Below are positions 23,240 to 35,566 of a DNA stretch of 47,362 bases, piece by piece (within the stretch, counting starts at the first letter, position 1; each line of letters begins with the position of its first letter). The translations under genes and the position numbers were made by a program. This DNA is from Octopus bimaculoides (Eukaryota), in assembly GCF_001194135.2 (NCBI RefSeq), contig NC_068983.1, positions 69,212,753-69,260,114 on the forward strand. Direction: 5' to 3'. A model generated the notes under the pieces. It did not search any database and was not told the origin of the DNA. It worked only from the letters and a program-made list of their open reading frames with translations.

Positions 23240-24600
23240 TTTGGATTTATAATATTACATTAATATATTGTCCATCTCTCTGCATTCCTGAAAACCTTTG
23301 CCACCTCGTCCACTGCTGACAAATAATAGTGCCAAAAACAGAAGAATCTCTTGTATATATGATTATTGTTGAAACTGGTCTGTTTTCTGCTCGTTGTGTT
23401 TGCTCTTTCTTCTGCTCCTCATATAATTTTGTATACCTTTGCGCAAACATTATTTCCACTAATAATTCTATGTCGAGTGACCATTATTTCGGAGATACAT
23501 TTTTCATTAGCTTGCTTACTAAGTCTAGCGTCATTCGTCATTGTTAAATCAGTAATATACAGTTAAGTAAATTATCTTTCATCTCCTTCTAGAGAGTGCA
23601 TATTAGAAGTGCGATGAGAAATTTGTCCATGCACTCTATTTCAGCTATTTGCACACCCACTCATTGAAGCAAAGGAAAGGGCGGTGTTGCATGTTCTAAT
23701 GTTGTTTTTAAAATTGGAATAATGAGGATGACCTAACTGGCTCATAATATGTTTCTGTTATTTCGAGAAAATGTTGCTCTTGTGGAATGTGAACTTTACC
23801 TTTATGGCAGCGATTATGAAATAAGACTTCGTCATTAAACTGATATATTACGTTAAATTCTCTACGATAATACTGCTTAGTATTTTTTCAAAAAATGTTG
23901 AATAATTTATGTATTGCCTTATGTCATGTTAATGCTTGCCTCATGTCATTATTACCATATCTCGTAATATTTCAATTACCCTTTGTTTCATTTTGTATGT
24001 ACTCAGCGTCTCTCAATCTTTATTTTCTAGCAGTTTAATCTTCAAATCATGCTACAGCTCTTTGTATTAAGTAACCTATTCTCATTTCTCTTTGTTCTTC
24101 AGTTTTATTTTATAATCAAATAACAACTCTTTGTCTTAGATCTTCTCCGATTTGATTTCTTTGCTCTTCATACGCATTAACAACTACTATCAGTCTTTAC
24201 CTAATTTTCTTCATTATTATTTTACTTTTTCTCCTTCAATTTCATTTTGCAGTCCTGCTGCTGCTTTGTATCTTGCTTATGCTCTAATTCTTTCTCACTT
24301 CACCAATCTTCTCGCGTCTCTCTCTATCTTGCAGTCTTCTCATCCAAGTTTCTTGATATGTTTTTCGGATTATCTGAGACTTTGAGCGTCAGGAACCCGC
24401 CTTGCTGCTATTACACCTGCAATCTGACTTACATTGTGGTACTTTATATACTCCACTCTGGGTGTACGTCATCTATTCTCTTTTCTAGGATTACCGCTTC
24501 TAATATTCCTTTTTATTATAATACTTGTGATATTATGCCTTTATTTATCCAACGACTTCCTGTTACTTTTCAAATACACATATTTTTATGTAGATGCATA
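23240..24600 (-). mobile_element. Probable decayed LINE (R4-like) fragments
   Basis: A-rich minus strand with broken coding-like frames (for example VDEVAKV resembling RHD.VAKV). Confidence 0.3.
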
Positions 24601-24622
24601 TATGTTTATATATATATATGTT

Positions 24623-24664
<42 letters not shown>

Positions 24665-24720
24665 TGCCTCTGTGCATGTACATATATACATGAACATATC
24701 CATAGGTAGACACACGCACA

Positions 24721-24765
<45 letters not shown>

Positions 24766-25779
24766 ACATACAGACATGCAGGCATAAAAACGTGCATTAA
24801 TATGTGCATGCGTATAACACACACAAGATCTTAAACTTTTATTTCAAATGTCTGGATAAAACGAAACTGTTATCATAATTATATTCGTGTAACGAACTAA
24901 TTCTTTGGATACAAAAAACGAACAGATTTCATTTAATCTTGCTATTATATTACTTATGATTATATAAAGCTGAGAATGACAGAATAACTCAAGTTGCAGT
25001 GATATCACAAATTTTTCTACGCATTCCTGCTTTTTCTTCTCCACTCCAGCCCGCATATATCTAGTTCTTACCTTTACTCTTCCAATTATCTAATCTCTCT
25101 CTATCGCACTCGATCTTCCTCTTCCCTCAAACACACATACACATATAAGTGCGTACATATGTGTGGTAAGTTATATAATACTTATAATTGAGAGAACCCA
25201 ATTCAGAAGCAAACGTTACATGCTACTGTAGAAAAATTATATATTCATGAGGTGTATTTAAATAACAAATTAATTATTCAAGATGGTTACTCTGTGAAGT
25301 CTTCTGTGAGATGAGAAAGCATGAGAAAATAGACCAGTCTCATTTCATTCTAAGGAAGAGATATATAATATAGCGACCATAATACTATGGGCTACATTCA
25401 CCTTCCTTCCTCTCTGTATGATTGTGTCAATATATGAAGAAGCAAAATGATCAAAATTGATTCTAAAATATTGATCTATAAAATTGTCTAAAATTGGATA
25501 ATAATAATCAGATGATCATAACATTTAGAGTGTGCACTTGAGCTCATAACTGGTGTACAAGTGGTGTTAGGGTTCGAGCGAATGAAAGTATTTCGGTTCA
25601 CAACCATATTAGGATTCATAGAAAGTTGAAGTTGTTAAAGAGTAATATGAAAAGACAGAAGAAAGAAAGGGGAAAATAAAAAAGAGAAAGAAAAAAGAAA
25701 AAGATTAAAACTAGAAAGTGTTGTTTAGAAGAAAATGAGAGAAAAGAAGGAGAGAGGAAGTGAGGTAAAGTTATTCTCG

Positions 25780-26140
25780 AAGGTAGTTTGCGGGACGGAG
25801 TCCGGACTGTCCAGTGGGTTAGTATGTAACTGTTGTCGTGAGTATATATTGTAAAGATTTCATTTTTGGAAGTGAGGCAGGTATCAATTGAGGCATTTTT
25901 ATTTTTTAGAATTTGTGCCTTCTCCGTTGCATATTCTGCATTTCTTGCTCAATTTATATATGTTTAGTCTTTCGACTATTTTCCATTTCAGGATATATTT
26001 AATCGTTATGTCGTAGTTCTTCTCTTTTTTTGGGTGATGGAAAGATTACAAATGGCTATAAACATTATATTGGATTCACCACCACGCCATTCATGATTCA
26101 GAGCGGTTAGGTAAACAACTGACAAGATAGTATGCATAAT
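25780..26140 (-). mobile_element. Penelope-like element GIY-YIG C-terminal relic
   Basis: FHHPKKR...YILKWKIVER...KKCRIC..EK..IL...LTSKNEI matches the PLE endonuclease C-terminus. Confidence 0.7.
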
Positions 26141-26551
26141 TTAAAGGACATTTATCTTTCTTTATACGTGAAGATTTGGGCCATCAAATGGTTTGGGTTT
26201 CTTTTTAGATGTTATTTGTGATTTCATGTTTGAAAATCAGTTGATGATCTTATTTTAACAGTATTGTACTAGGAAATGCTCGTTTACAATGGCCCAGAGA
26301 TATCTTACTTACCTTAGTTTTAGCGTTTAAAGCGTAAAGAAGTGAGATTAAAGTAATATTCTTCTGTCTATATGTAACTCTATGAATGTATCTATCAATC
26401 AATAAATTTATCTATCTATCTATCTACCTGTCTGTCTGTTTGTCTGTACGTCCGTCTGTCCGCCTGTCTGTCTATATAAATATAAACATATAAACATATA
26501 AACATACACTCACACTTGCACACCCACACACATACATATACCTATATATAC

Positions 26552-26656
<105 letters not shown>

Positions 26657-26893
26657 AGCAAGAATGCCAGCTGTGCNNNNNNNNNNNNNNNNNNNNNNNN
26701 NNNNNNNNNNNNNNNNNNNNNNNNNNNNNNNNNNNNNNNNNNNNNNNNNNNNNNNNNNNNNNNNNNNNNNNNNNNNNNNNNNNNNNNNNNNNNNNNNNNN
26801 NNNNNNNNNNNNNNNNNNNNNNNNNNNNNNNNNNNNNNNNNNNNNNNNNNNNNNNNNNNNNNNNNNNNNNNNNNNNNNNNNNNNNNNNNNNNN

Positions 26894-26935
<42 letters not shown>

Positions 26936-27262
26936 GGATGCGCAATGGCCCGGCGGTCGGAGGATCGCGGTTTCGATTCCTAGACCTGGCGTTGAGTGTG
27001 TTTATTGAGCGAAAACAGCTAAAGCTCCACGAGGCTCCGTCAGGGAGTGGTGGCGACCCCTGTTGTACTCTTTCGCTCCAACTTTCTCTCACTCTTTCTT
27101 CTTGTTTCTTGAGTAAACTGCGATGGACTGGCATCCCGTCCAGCTGGTGGGAAACACATACGCCATAGAAACCGGGAAACCGGGTCAATGAGCCTTTGTC
27201 ACACCTGCCCGCCAGGCGTTCCCGTCTCCCACCGTAGTCAATCCTTAGGGGCTTGAGATAGC
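26936..27262 (+). mobile_element. tRNA-derived SINE
   Basis: Head homologous to 847-1221. Confidence 0.85.
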
Positions 27263-27499
27263 CCTCCTCCACTTGCACTGCCATTGAGGTCTTGATGTTG
27301 GTGTTTGGTCATGTTTAGTCTAGGACCTCATCTTCGACCTTGCCGCTATCGGTGGCCCTACCAGGAGTCTAAGACTCCAGCCAGTATCGTTCTCAGAATC
27401 ATTGGAACACACAAGCTCTTCCACCACAACTAGGGACGACCAGATAACTTAGATATGTTTCGACCAGAAATTGGTCCAGGTCATGTCTAACTTAATAGC

Positions 27500-28110
27500 A
27501 CAACCTGATAGGATTTACTAAATCATTTTAAAGTCAAGTTTTGTGGTATCATGGTCCATTCGAGGAGTGAATTCTTGTTGAGTGAGTTGTATCCAAGTAT
27601 AGGTGGCTTGTTTGGTATTTCTCGAAGAAATTTGTCCAGATTCCGTTTAAAGGAAGCCTTCCCTCTTTGATTTGTTACGGGACAATTTTAAATAGGGCAG
27701 TGCTTGCTGAGGAAAAAAAATTGTGCTGCAGTGTATTTATGTGTTGTGATCCACGTATGGCCCGCAGTCCTAGCCTTGGATGAATTTTGAAACTAATGTT
27801 GAGGTCGTTTGGGCAATCCTGGTGGTATATTCTCCACATCGTGCAAATGATGTATCGCTCACGGCGGCGCTGGAGAGAATAGAATTTCAATGCTTTAAGC
27901 CGGTCCTAATGCTTCAAGGTGGTCCCAATCAGTCATGCCCTTAATTCATTTAGTGAATGACCTCTGGGGTGATTCAAATTTTGAAATATTTTGTTTTGTG
28001 TGGGGAGACCACAGGGGGCAGCAGTATTCGATGTGTGGCCGTACAAAGGAGGAGAAAAGCGGAATGATGACACTTTGTTCTCTGGACCAGAGACTTACAC
28101 GTAGGACAGA
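27500..28110 (-). mobile_element. CR1-type LINE 3' relic
   Basis: LKFYSLQRRRERYII..MWRI and NFFSS....LF..VP motifs. Confidence 0.75.
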
Positions 28111-28784
28111 CACAGAAAGGCTCTAATCCTTCCTCAGTTATCGACTAAAAATACTAATACCCAGTTTCAGTGATTACTCGATATTAGTAATTTTGGTTGA
28201 TAACTAAAGAAGTATTAACTTTGACTGTTCTACGTGTACGTTTTGTAGTACTTAATGGTTTGTATAAGGTTTGTTCCTGGCGGGAAATGTGTCATAAAAT
28301 GGGAGAGAATATCTTTTCAGACAAGTTTGATTTTTTCTTTTCACAAATTAGAGAAATTATACGCTAATAAGTTTTCTTTACGTGTCTGCGTCACCTAACG
28401 CGGCGCAGTGCGTCTATTCCTTAATTCGTGTTGCCAGCAATTGAAGTGTTATGCAAATTAAACAGCGTAATTTAGCCCTGTCTGAATTAATATTTACAAT
28501 AAATATCTACACATTACTATTCTTTTCATGGAATAGTCACGAAGAGCCAATCTCTGACGATGTGTTGATAAAAGTTGAAACTAATTACATTGATTCCATT
28601 TTTTTCTAGCCACAGAAATGAAGAAAGATGTGGTTTAATCAGCATGTTGTGTCGACTTTTTCACATGCTTACTTAAAATATGCGCTCGTAAGTTTACCCT
28701 ACATTTCTGTGCACAAATACACAAATACAAAGACAAGTACGACACACAGCATAGAGGGATAGAGAAAAGAAGAGAGAGAAACAC

Positions 28785-28797
28785 ATACACACACATG

Positions 28798-28879
<82 letters not shown>

Positions 28880-28920
28880 CACACACACACAAACACATAC
28901 ACGCACACACACACATGCAC
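28785..28920. repeat. (CA)n microsatellite
   Basis: Directly visible. Confidence 0.95.
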
Positions 28921-29141
28921 AAACAGTTGTACCGAAAGACCTCCCTGATCTACATCAAAGGAACTGAAACAAATGTCATCATGACGTCATATTCCACTAA
29001 CATCACTTACAGTCTATATATTATAGCGTAATAGAGTAGGTTACAAGGGAGTGCATGTGTATGTATGTGTACGCTTGTTTGAGTGAGCGATGTGTGAATG
29101 TTACATGGCTTGTCAGTGGTAGAAAAGCTGATGGTATTGGT

Positions 29142-29173
<32 letters not shown>

Positions 29174-29499
29174 ATTTGTTGTATTGCTTTTATGTGAGTC
29201 ATCTGTTCTGTGATTAATTGTTGCTTTCATGAACAAAATATGTATTAGCTGGCGGGGGTTGTATATCTGATTGCTATTCTTGCTATTATTATTAATTTCG
29301 AAAAAAAAAAAAATATATATATATATTTTTGCTAATTTTGCTTTGAAAAATACTTTAATTTGAAAGATGGCGTCGTCTTCGCCAAACAGCATGAGAGTCA
29401 AGTGGGAGGGAATTTTGAGAGTTAATTTGGATTTGCCATTCAAAACTATTCAAACTCTCTTTTCATGATAAAGTAATCCGCCCCTAACTCTGACCGTCC

Positions 29500-30560
29500 A
29501 AAGTTCAGTAAGTAGCACTGCCAACTAACATGGCGACAAGTGACAGCAGCAACAGCCACATGCCAAATGGAAACAACAAAAGTAACCTAACTATTACCTT
29601 TACTGCTAGATCAGCAAATAACGACAAATGCAAGGCTGTTAACTGAAATACTACCATCATCACCACCACTGTGGATGCCAAAGGCAGCAGCAGAAACAAA
29701 ATTAACACAAAATATACCCAGATCGCAGAAATGAATGCAATTTTTGCTAATATAATAAACTCCACACACAAACTGGAGCTATAGAACGAAGTAAAGGACG
29801 GTAGAGGATTTCTCAAAACGGAAGAGTATTACTAGATGCGTCCTTACCATTACGAGTACGGAATTAGGTGTAAACAGTTGAAGGGTGAAAATCTTACACT
29901 CACACAGATGGAATGGTAACTCCAAACCGTGTGTTACAGGCAATATGACAGTGGATGAAAGATTCGCGTCAAAGATCAAGGGTAAGAAAGCACGCCGCAT
30001 CGCCATAAAAAATGAGGAACGTATCCAACTGTATTGCATAGGGGGAGGTCTGCTGAAGGTCAAAAGTCTAGAGATGACATAAGAAGTAAGTACCCGGTGG
30101 TTGGTGGTAGTCATTTTATCCAGTGACAAGGTCAACGAAATGATCATAGATATGGACAAGGACACCAGAAGAAATGGTGATGGGATAGGACTAAAGCGTT
30201 TGATGCAAATGGATCATTAGAAAATCAACGCTATCCCTGACTTGGCTGGCATATTAAACGTCACGAACTTATTTGTGGTGAAGAAGGACAAAAGGACAAG
30301 GTGTTTCATATGTGGTGTTCTACTGAGGGCTTTCTACTTACAAGAGAGAACAAATTGATGAATACCCCCATTACGACCGACATGAACGACGGCAATATCT
30401 GCAACAAGTACTCCTAAGACAACAACAATATGTACCAATAAACCCCACCAGATCAACAAAACAGAAATATCCAGACATGACAAAAAAAGTCCTTCCTCTC
30501 CCAAACAACAAAACACAGAAACCAAGGTCCAAACATAGAAACCACCCTATATCCTTTCCT
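29500..30560 (+). mobile_element. Degenerate R4/Dong-like LINE
   Basis: ERIQLYCIGGGLLKVKSLE (resembles RLY..RK.GGRGL) and MDKDTRR motifs. Deletions and stops. Confidence 0.5.
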
Positions 30561-30924
30561 TCGCCGCAATTATCGCTGTCTGAGTTTCATCAATCTTTGT
30601 AATCAAATTCGTCCAAATGAGTTGTTTACGAATAGTTATAATTCAGACGATAGTTTCATCTTCCTGTATCTCAGAAACAGACAGTGACATTCACTTCTAT
30701 CATGTTTGCTCTGTTGTATTAATTGGTCATGTAGTTCTTTCTATTTCTAGTTATTTGTTTTGTCATTCCTACTGAAATCTTTCACTGTTTCAGGGACGTC
30801 TTCGATATTTCTAACCGTTGATGATAGTCGCAACGGTACCAAAAATCGCAACACAGCCTTCTTCCTTTCTTGCAAAACGGAGCCCTATTAATATTACTTT
30901 TCGAGTGGTGTGGTTTAAGCATCG

Positions 30925-31290
30925 TGAGTAGTTTCCTAGTTCTTTTATGCTGCTGCTTCTCCTGGTTACTGTATTCGACTCACGATCGTAAGGTTGTGAG
31001 TTCGATTCCCGGCAGCGCGTTGTGTCCTTGAGCGAGACACGTTATTTCACTTCGCTCCAGTCCACTCAGCTGGCAAAAATGAGAGATGTACCTTTAGTTC
31101 AATGGGCCAGCCTTATTATATTCGGTGTGTCATGCTGAATCTCCCGGAGAACTACGTCAAGGGTACGCATGTCTGTGGAGTGCTCTGTCACATGCACAGT
31201 AATTTCACGAGAAGATTGTTCCGTTGATCGAATCAACTGGAACACTCGTCGTCGTCTAAGCATCGACGAGAGTGGGGCACTAACGGTTCG
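30925..31290 (+). mobile_element. tRNA-derived SINE
   Basis: gagttcgattcccgg B-box; tail shared with 847-1221. Confidence 0.8.
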
Positions 31291-32039
31291 AAACAAACCC
31301 TAGAAGTACGGAACTGTCCCGAGGCAGAACTATCCGTGATTCAAACAAAGAGACAAAACTGTGCTGCATGTACTTGTCTAATATCCGAGCATTGCTGACT
31401 TGTGACGTTATATCGAAGAGCTGTTGTCGAGTGACACCGAATATAGTTGAGACCAGTCCACCGTAAAGACCACCTATTTGCCGTCCTTTAAGGCTGGGCA
31501 GCAGTGACCCTCTGGTTGGTGGCTATGGTGAAAGAGATTGTGTGGTGGACAAGTCTGAAAGGATTAAGAGCAGATGCCTTCCTCTTCCGACAAGCTCTCA
31601 TTGACATTTTAAAGTTCTACTTGTAGAGCAAAATATGTGGGGAGAGAAAGATGCTCCCTTTAGTGAATTTGTTAAAAAGTGAGTGACTATGTCGAAAATG
31701 GTTAACATGAATGAAATTATCCCAAGTGTGTGCATGTAGATTGAACTATAATAGTTACCTGAAGGCTTCTGCCCTCAATGGGCAGGGTGGTCCTGAATTG
31801 ATGGGCTTTCTTGGTGGTCTCCATCTGAAGACTTCTATGTATCAGGATTGCATCTTCTGTATTGTAATTTATTTTGTTTGTGCCTTAATCAGAAACAATT
31901 ATTTTAATTTTTATGATTGATAATTATCATTATAGCGAAATAGAAGACCTTTTTTTTTACATATGCATATATTGCGATTTAAAAGTAACAGCTGTCGTAA
32001 ACAGACGATCATATATTCTGAGAACACCATTTGGGATTA

Positions 32040-32560
32040 ATGAAGATGTATAGCATCACCTAAATCTCAAATACGAAGCTATTAATAGTTAAACTCAAGC
32101 CGTTGTTAAAATGAGAAAAAATCTCAAACAAGATAGAACACCAAACAACTGTAGAGTGAATATATTCGCAGATGACTAGAAGAATTAAAATGTAAGAGTT
32201 TAGTATACTGCAAGACGTATGCAGTATATTTGAACCCAACACTCACAAGAAGGAAGTTAAAAAACCTTATCCGCTCAATCATTTCTATTGCGATTTACTT
32301 GCAGCCTGCCCATGGGAAAGACTTATCTGATAACTCTCACTGTTACTTAATATGTGTTTGGGATCTAACTTCATGAGGTGGAGTGGTTTTGTGGAATCTT
32401 CAGTTCATTAGCAAACGGTATAATCTAGACTAGTAAATGATATGTTCGAGATATTTGAGTGCTACATAAGCAGTTTTCCCTAAAAGAGCAAGCGTGTTTC
32501 TAACATCATGGATGAAATCTAACTATGTTGAACTGGTGACATATTGGAATTTACTTCAAG
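32040..32560 (+). mobile_element. Degenerate CR1-type RT relic
   Basis: VNIFADD*KN..LQD motif (YADD box). Confidence 0.5.
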
Positions 32561-32664
32561 TGGCATATTTCCAGAATTGTTCTACACAAATAAGGTTTAA
32601 AAATATTTATACATAATAGATTAATGTGATCTGTGGTACATAAAATAATCTTACTAGTGTACTA

Positions 32665-32759
<95 letters not shown>

Positions 32760-33078
32760 CCATGTACTCATCTCGACATTCCTTAACTTCGGTGATCGGA
32801 CTAGAACCAGTATTTTCAACGTGATATTATTCATGTATTCCTGTGCGTATGTGTTTCTATATATATTTACACGCACACACTCACTCACAAACGAGAAGAA
32901 AGGTCATTTTTTTTATTATCTTATTCTATCAGTAAAAAGATAAAGACAGCTCCAGACAACAATGTTATTAGGAACAGCTAGGATACTTAGGACGGTTCTT
33001 GGCATCTAAGGTTACTTGTTGTAGCCCCATGTAACGAAATTTTCTTTTCCAACAGTCTAATCTGTTGCGCGTATATGA

Positions 33079-33113
<35 letters not shown>

Positions 33114-33120
33114 CAACAAC

Positions 33121-33353
33121 AAGAGCACTCAGAGAGCGCAAACCTTCGCCAAGGCAACACCAACGTCCTCTCAACGATTAGCCAGAGAGGATTTTTAAAA
33201 TGAGAATATTTGAAATAAACTCGACTGTTCTCACAGACGAGAATACTGAAAATGAACCTGACCGCTCTTGAGAATTAAGAGAAAAAACCGGAAAAATAAT
33301 TCAGAATCCTTGTCTGGTACCGGATCAATGCCAAAATATAAACGATCCGTGCC
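33121..33353. mobile_element. Non-autonomous interspersed repeat, truncated by gap
   Basis: Begins aagagcactcagagagcgcaaacc directly after an (AAT)n(AAC)n array. Class not determinable. Confidence 0.4.
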
Positions 33354-34189
33354 NNNNNNNNNNNNNNNNNNNNNNNNNNNNNNNNNNNNNNNNNNNNNNN
33401 NNNNNNNNNNNNNNNNNNNNNNNNNNNNNNNNNNNNNNNNNNNNNNNNNNNNNNNNNNNNNNNNNNNNNNNNNNNNNNNNNNNNNNNNNNNNNNNNNNNN
33501 NNNNNNNNNNNNNNNNNNNNNNNNNNNNNNNNNNNNNNNNNNNNNNNNNNNNNNNNNNNNNNNNNNNNNNNNNNNNNNNNNNNNNNNNNNNNNNNNNNNN
33601 NNNNNNNNNNNNNNNNNNNNNNNNNNNNNNNNNNNNNNNNNNNNNNNNNNNNNNNNNNNNNNNNNNNNNNNNNNNNNNNNNNNNNNNNNNNNNNNNNNNN
33701 NNNNNNNNNNNNNNNNNNNNNNNNNNNNNNNNNNNNNNNNNNNNNNNNNNNNNNNNNNNNNNNNNNNNNNNNNNNNNNNNNNNNNNNNNNNNNNNNNNNN
33801 NNNNNNNNNNNNNNNNNNNNNNNNNNNNNNNNNNNNNNNNNNNNNNNNNNNNNNNNNNNNNNNNNNNNNNNNNNNNNNNNNNNNNNNNNNNNNNNNNNNN
33901 NNNNNNNNNNNNNNNNNNNNNNNNNNNNNNNNNNNNNNNNNNNNNNNNNNNNNNNNNNNNNNNNNNNNNNNNNNNNNNNNNNNNNNNNNNNNNNNNNNNN
34001 NNNNNNNNNNNNNNNNNNNNNNNNNNNNNNNNNNNNNNNNNNNNNNNNNNNNNNNNNNNNNNNNNNNNNNNNNNNNNNNNNNNNNNNNNNNNNNNNNNNN
34101 NNNNNNNNNNNNNNNNNNNNNNNNNNNNNNNNNNNNNNNNNNNNNNNNNNNNNNNNNNNNNNNNNNNNNNNNNNNNNNNNNNNNNNNNN

Positions 34190-35160
34190 GAAGACTAAAA
34201 CAATACCTATTGTCATAGGTGCCCTGGGAATGACAGTGAAACGGGTTGATTACTACCTAGCTCAGATACCAGGAAACCCAAAATGGCTGAAGTTCAAAAG
34301 ATAGTACTCATGGGAACTGCCCATATCCTACGTAAAATACTGTCTTTGTGATCTCAAATTTTAAAACAAACACATAATTTTCTTATGGTTTCTTATGGTT
34401 TCTTAAACATTCTCTAGAACAACAGTATATGGTACCCTAGGCATAACACCTACATGAACTTCTAACTTGTTGTCTCTTGAGGTCTCTGGGTGAGACTTGG
34501 ATCCAACTTGTACAAATGCAAAGCAAAAGTCAAACATAAAATAATAATAATAATCTAGGCAACATCCCAGGAGAACCATGTCTCAGGGAAATCCAAAAGA
34601 TTGTACTGACAAGTACTGCCCATAGTCTGAGAAAAACCCCATCAATTTAAATGTCTGTGCTGTATTACATGAAGATATTTTGTTACTGTTCTTGCAACTT
34701 CCCCTCCCCAAGCTTTCAGGTATATTATAACATCTCTGATCCTGTACTTGGCCTAGGGAGCTGAGAGTGTCTCTGCAGGTGATTGCAACAAACATGCAGA
34801 TTAAAATAACAATAATAATAATAATTAAGAAAGTGGAGAAATATCAGGAGCAGATGTGGCAAATCTAGAAGCTATGGAGAATCAGGTACGTAGAAATGGT
34901 ACCGAATGTGGTTGGTGCAGTGGGAGCAGTTCGTAAAATGTTGGATGCATGGCTTGAGAAGCTAGGAATCATCATCAGGACTGTTGCAGAAAACATCCTT
35001 GTTAGAATCAACAAGGATTCTGAGATGGCTGTTAGAATGTTGAAGGAGAAGGAATTACCCAATGGATTTTGGGCCATTTGATATGACTCACTCTTTTGGT
35101 AAAGTGTCAGTATAACATCTGCTAGAGCAGAAGCAACAATAAAAAGAAGAAGAAGAAGAA
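34190..35160 (+). mobile_element. Three stacked 3' ends of R4/Dong-like LINEs
   Basis: 34190-34554 TIPIVIGALG..EVQKIVLMGTAHILRKIL*. 34555-34825 IPGEPCLREIQKIVLTSTAHSLRK. 34827-35160 KVEKYQ..VP.VVGAVG..LEKLGI. Separated by (AAT)n. Confidence 0.8.
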
Positions 35161-35409
35161 ACGTCTTCACTTTCCATAACGATAAGCGATAACTTGATAC
35201 ACCGATAACGTATACTGATGTCGCTGACACTGTAAGGCTGTCTGTAATGCGACAACGTCGTAAGTGAACACAACTCAAAACTGCAGAAGTGAACACCACT
35301 CAAAACTGCAGACCAATCACGTCTTGTTACGTGTACACATAGTCAGCCAATAGTGTGCCTGGCGGACTCTTCGAGACGCGCTCACAACAGACAGAAACAA
35401 ACGTATGAA

Positions 35410-35566
35410 TTTTGTTAGCAGACTTAAACTTAGCGGAACTAATTTTAGCGGAAGCTAATTTGTCCGCTAGCGATTTTCAAAGTTAGCGTAAACGCTAATC
35501 CGCCAAACGAAAAGTTAGCTTCGCTAATTAGCTGTTAGCGGATTGGCGGAACCGTATCCATCACTG
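35410..35566. mobile_element. Terminal part of a non-autonomous DNA transposon (hAT-like)
   Basis: Multiple TTAGC(G)/GCTAA subterminal motifs in both orientations, ending ...ccatcactg (CAGTG terminus). Confidence 0.5.
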
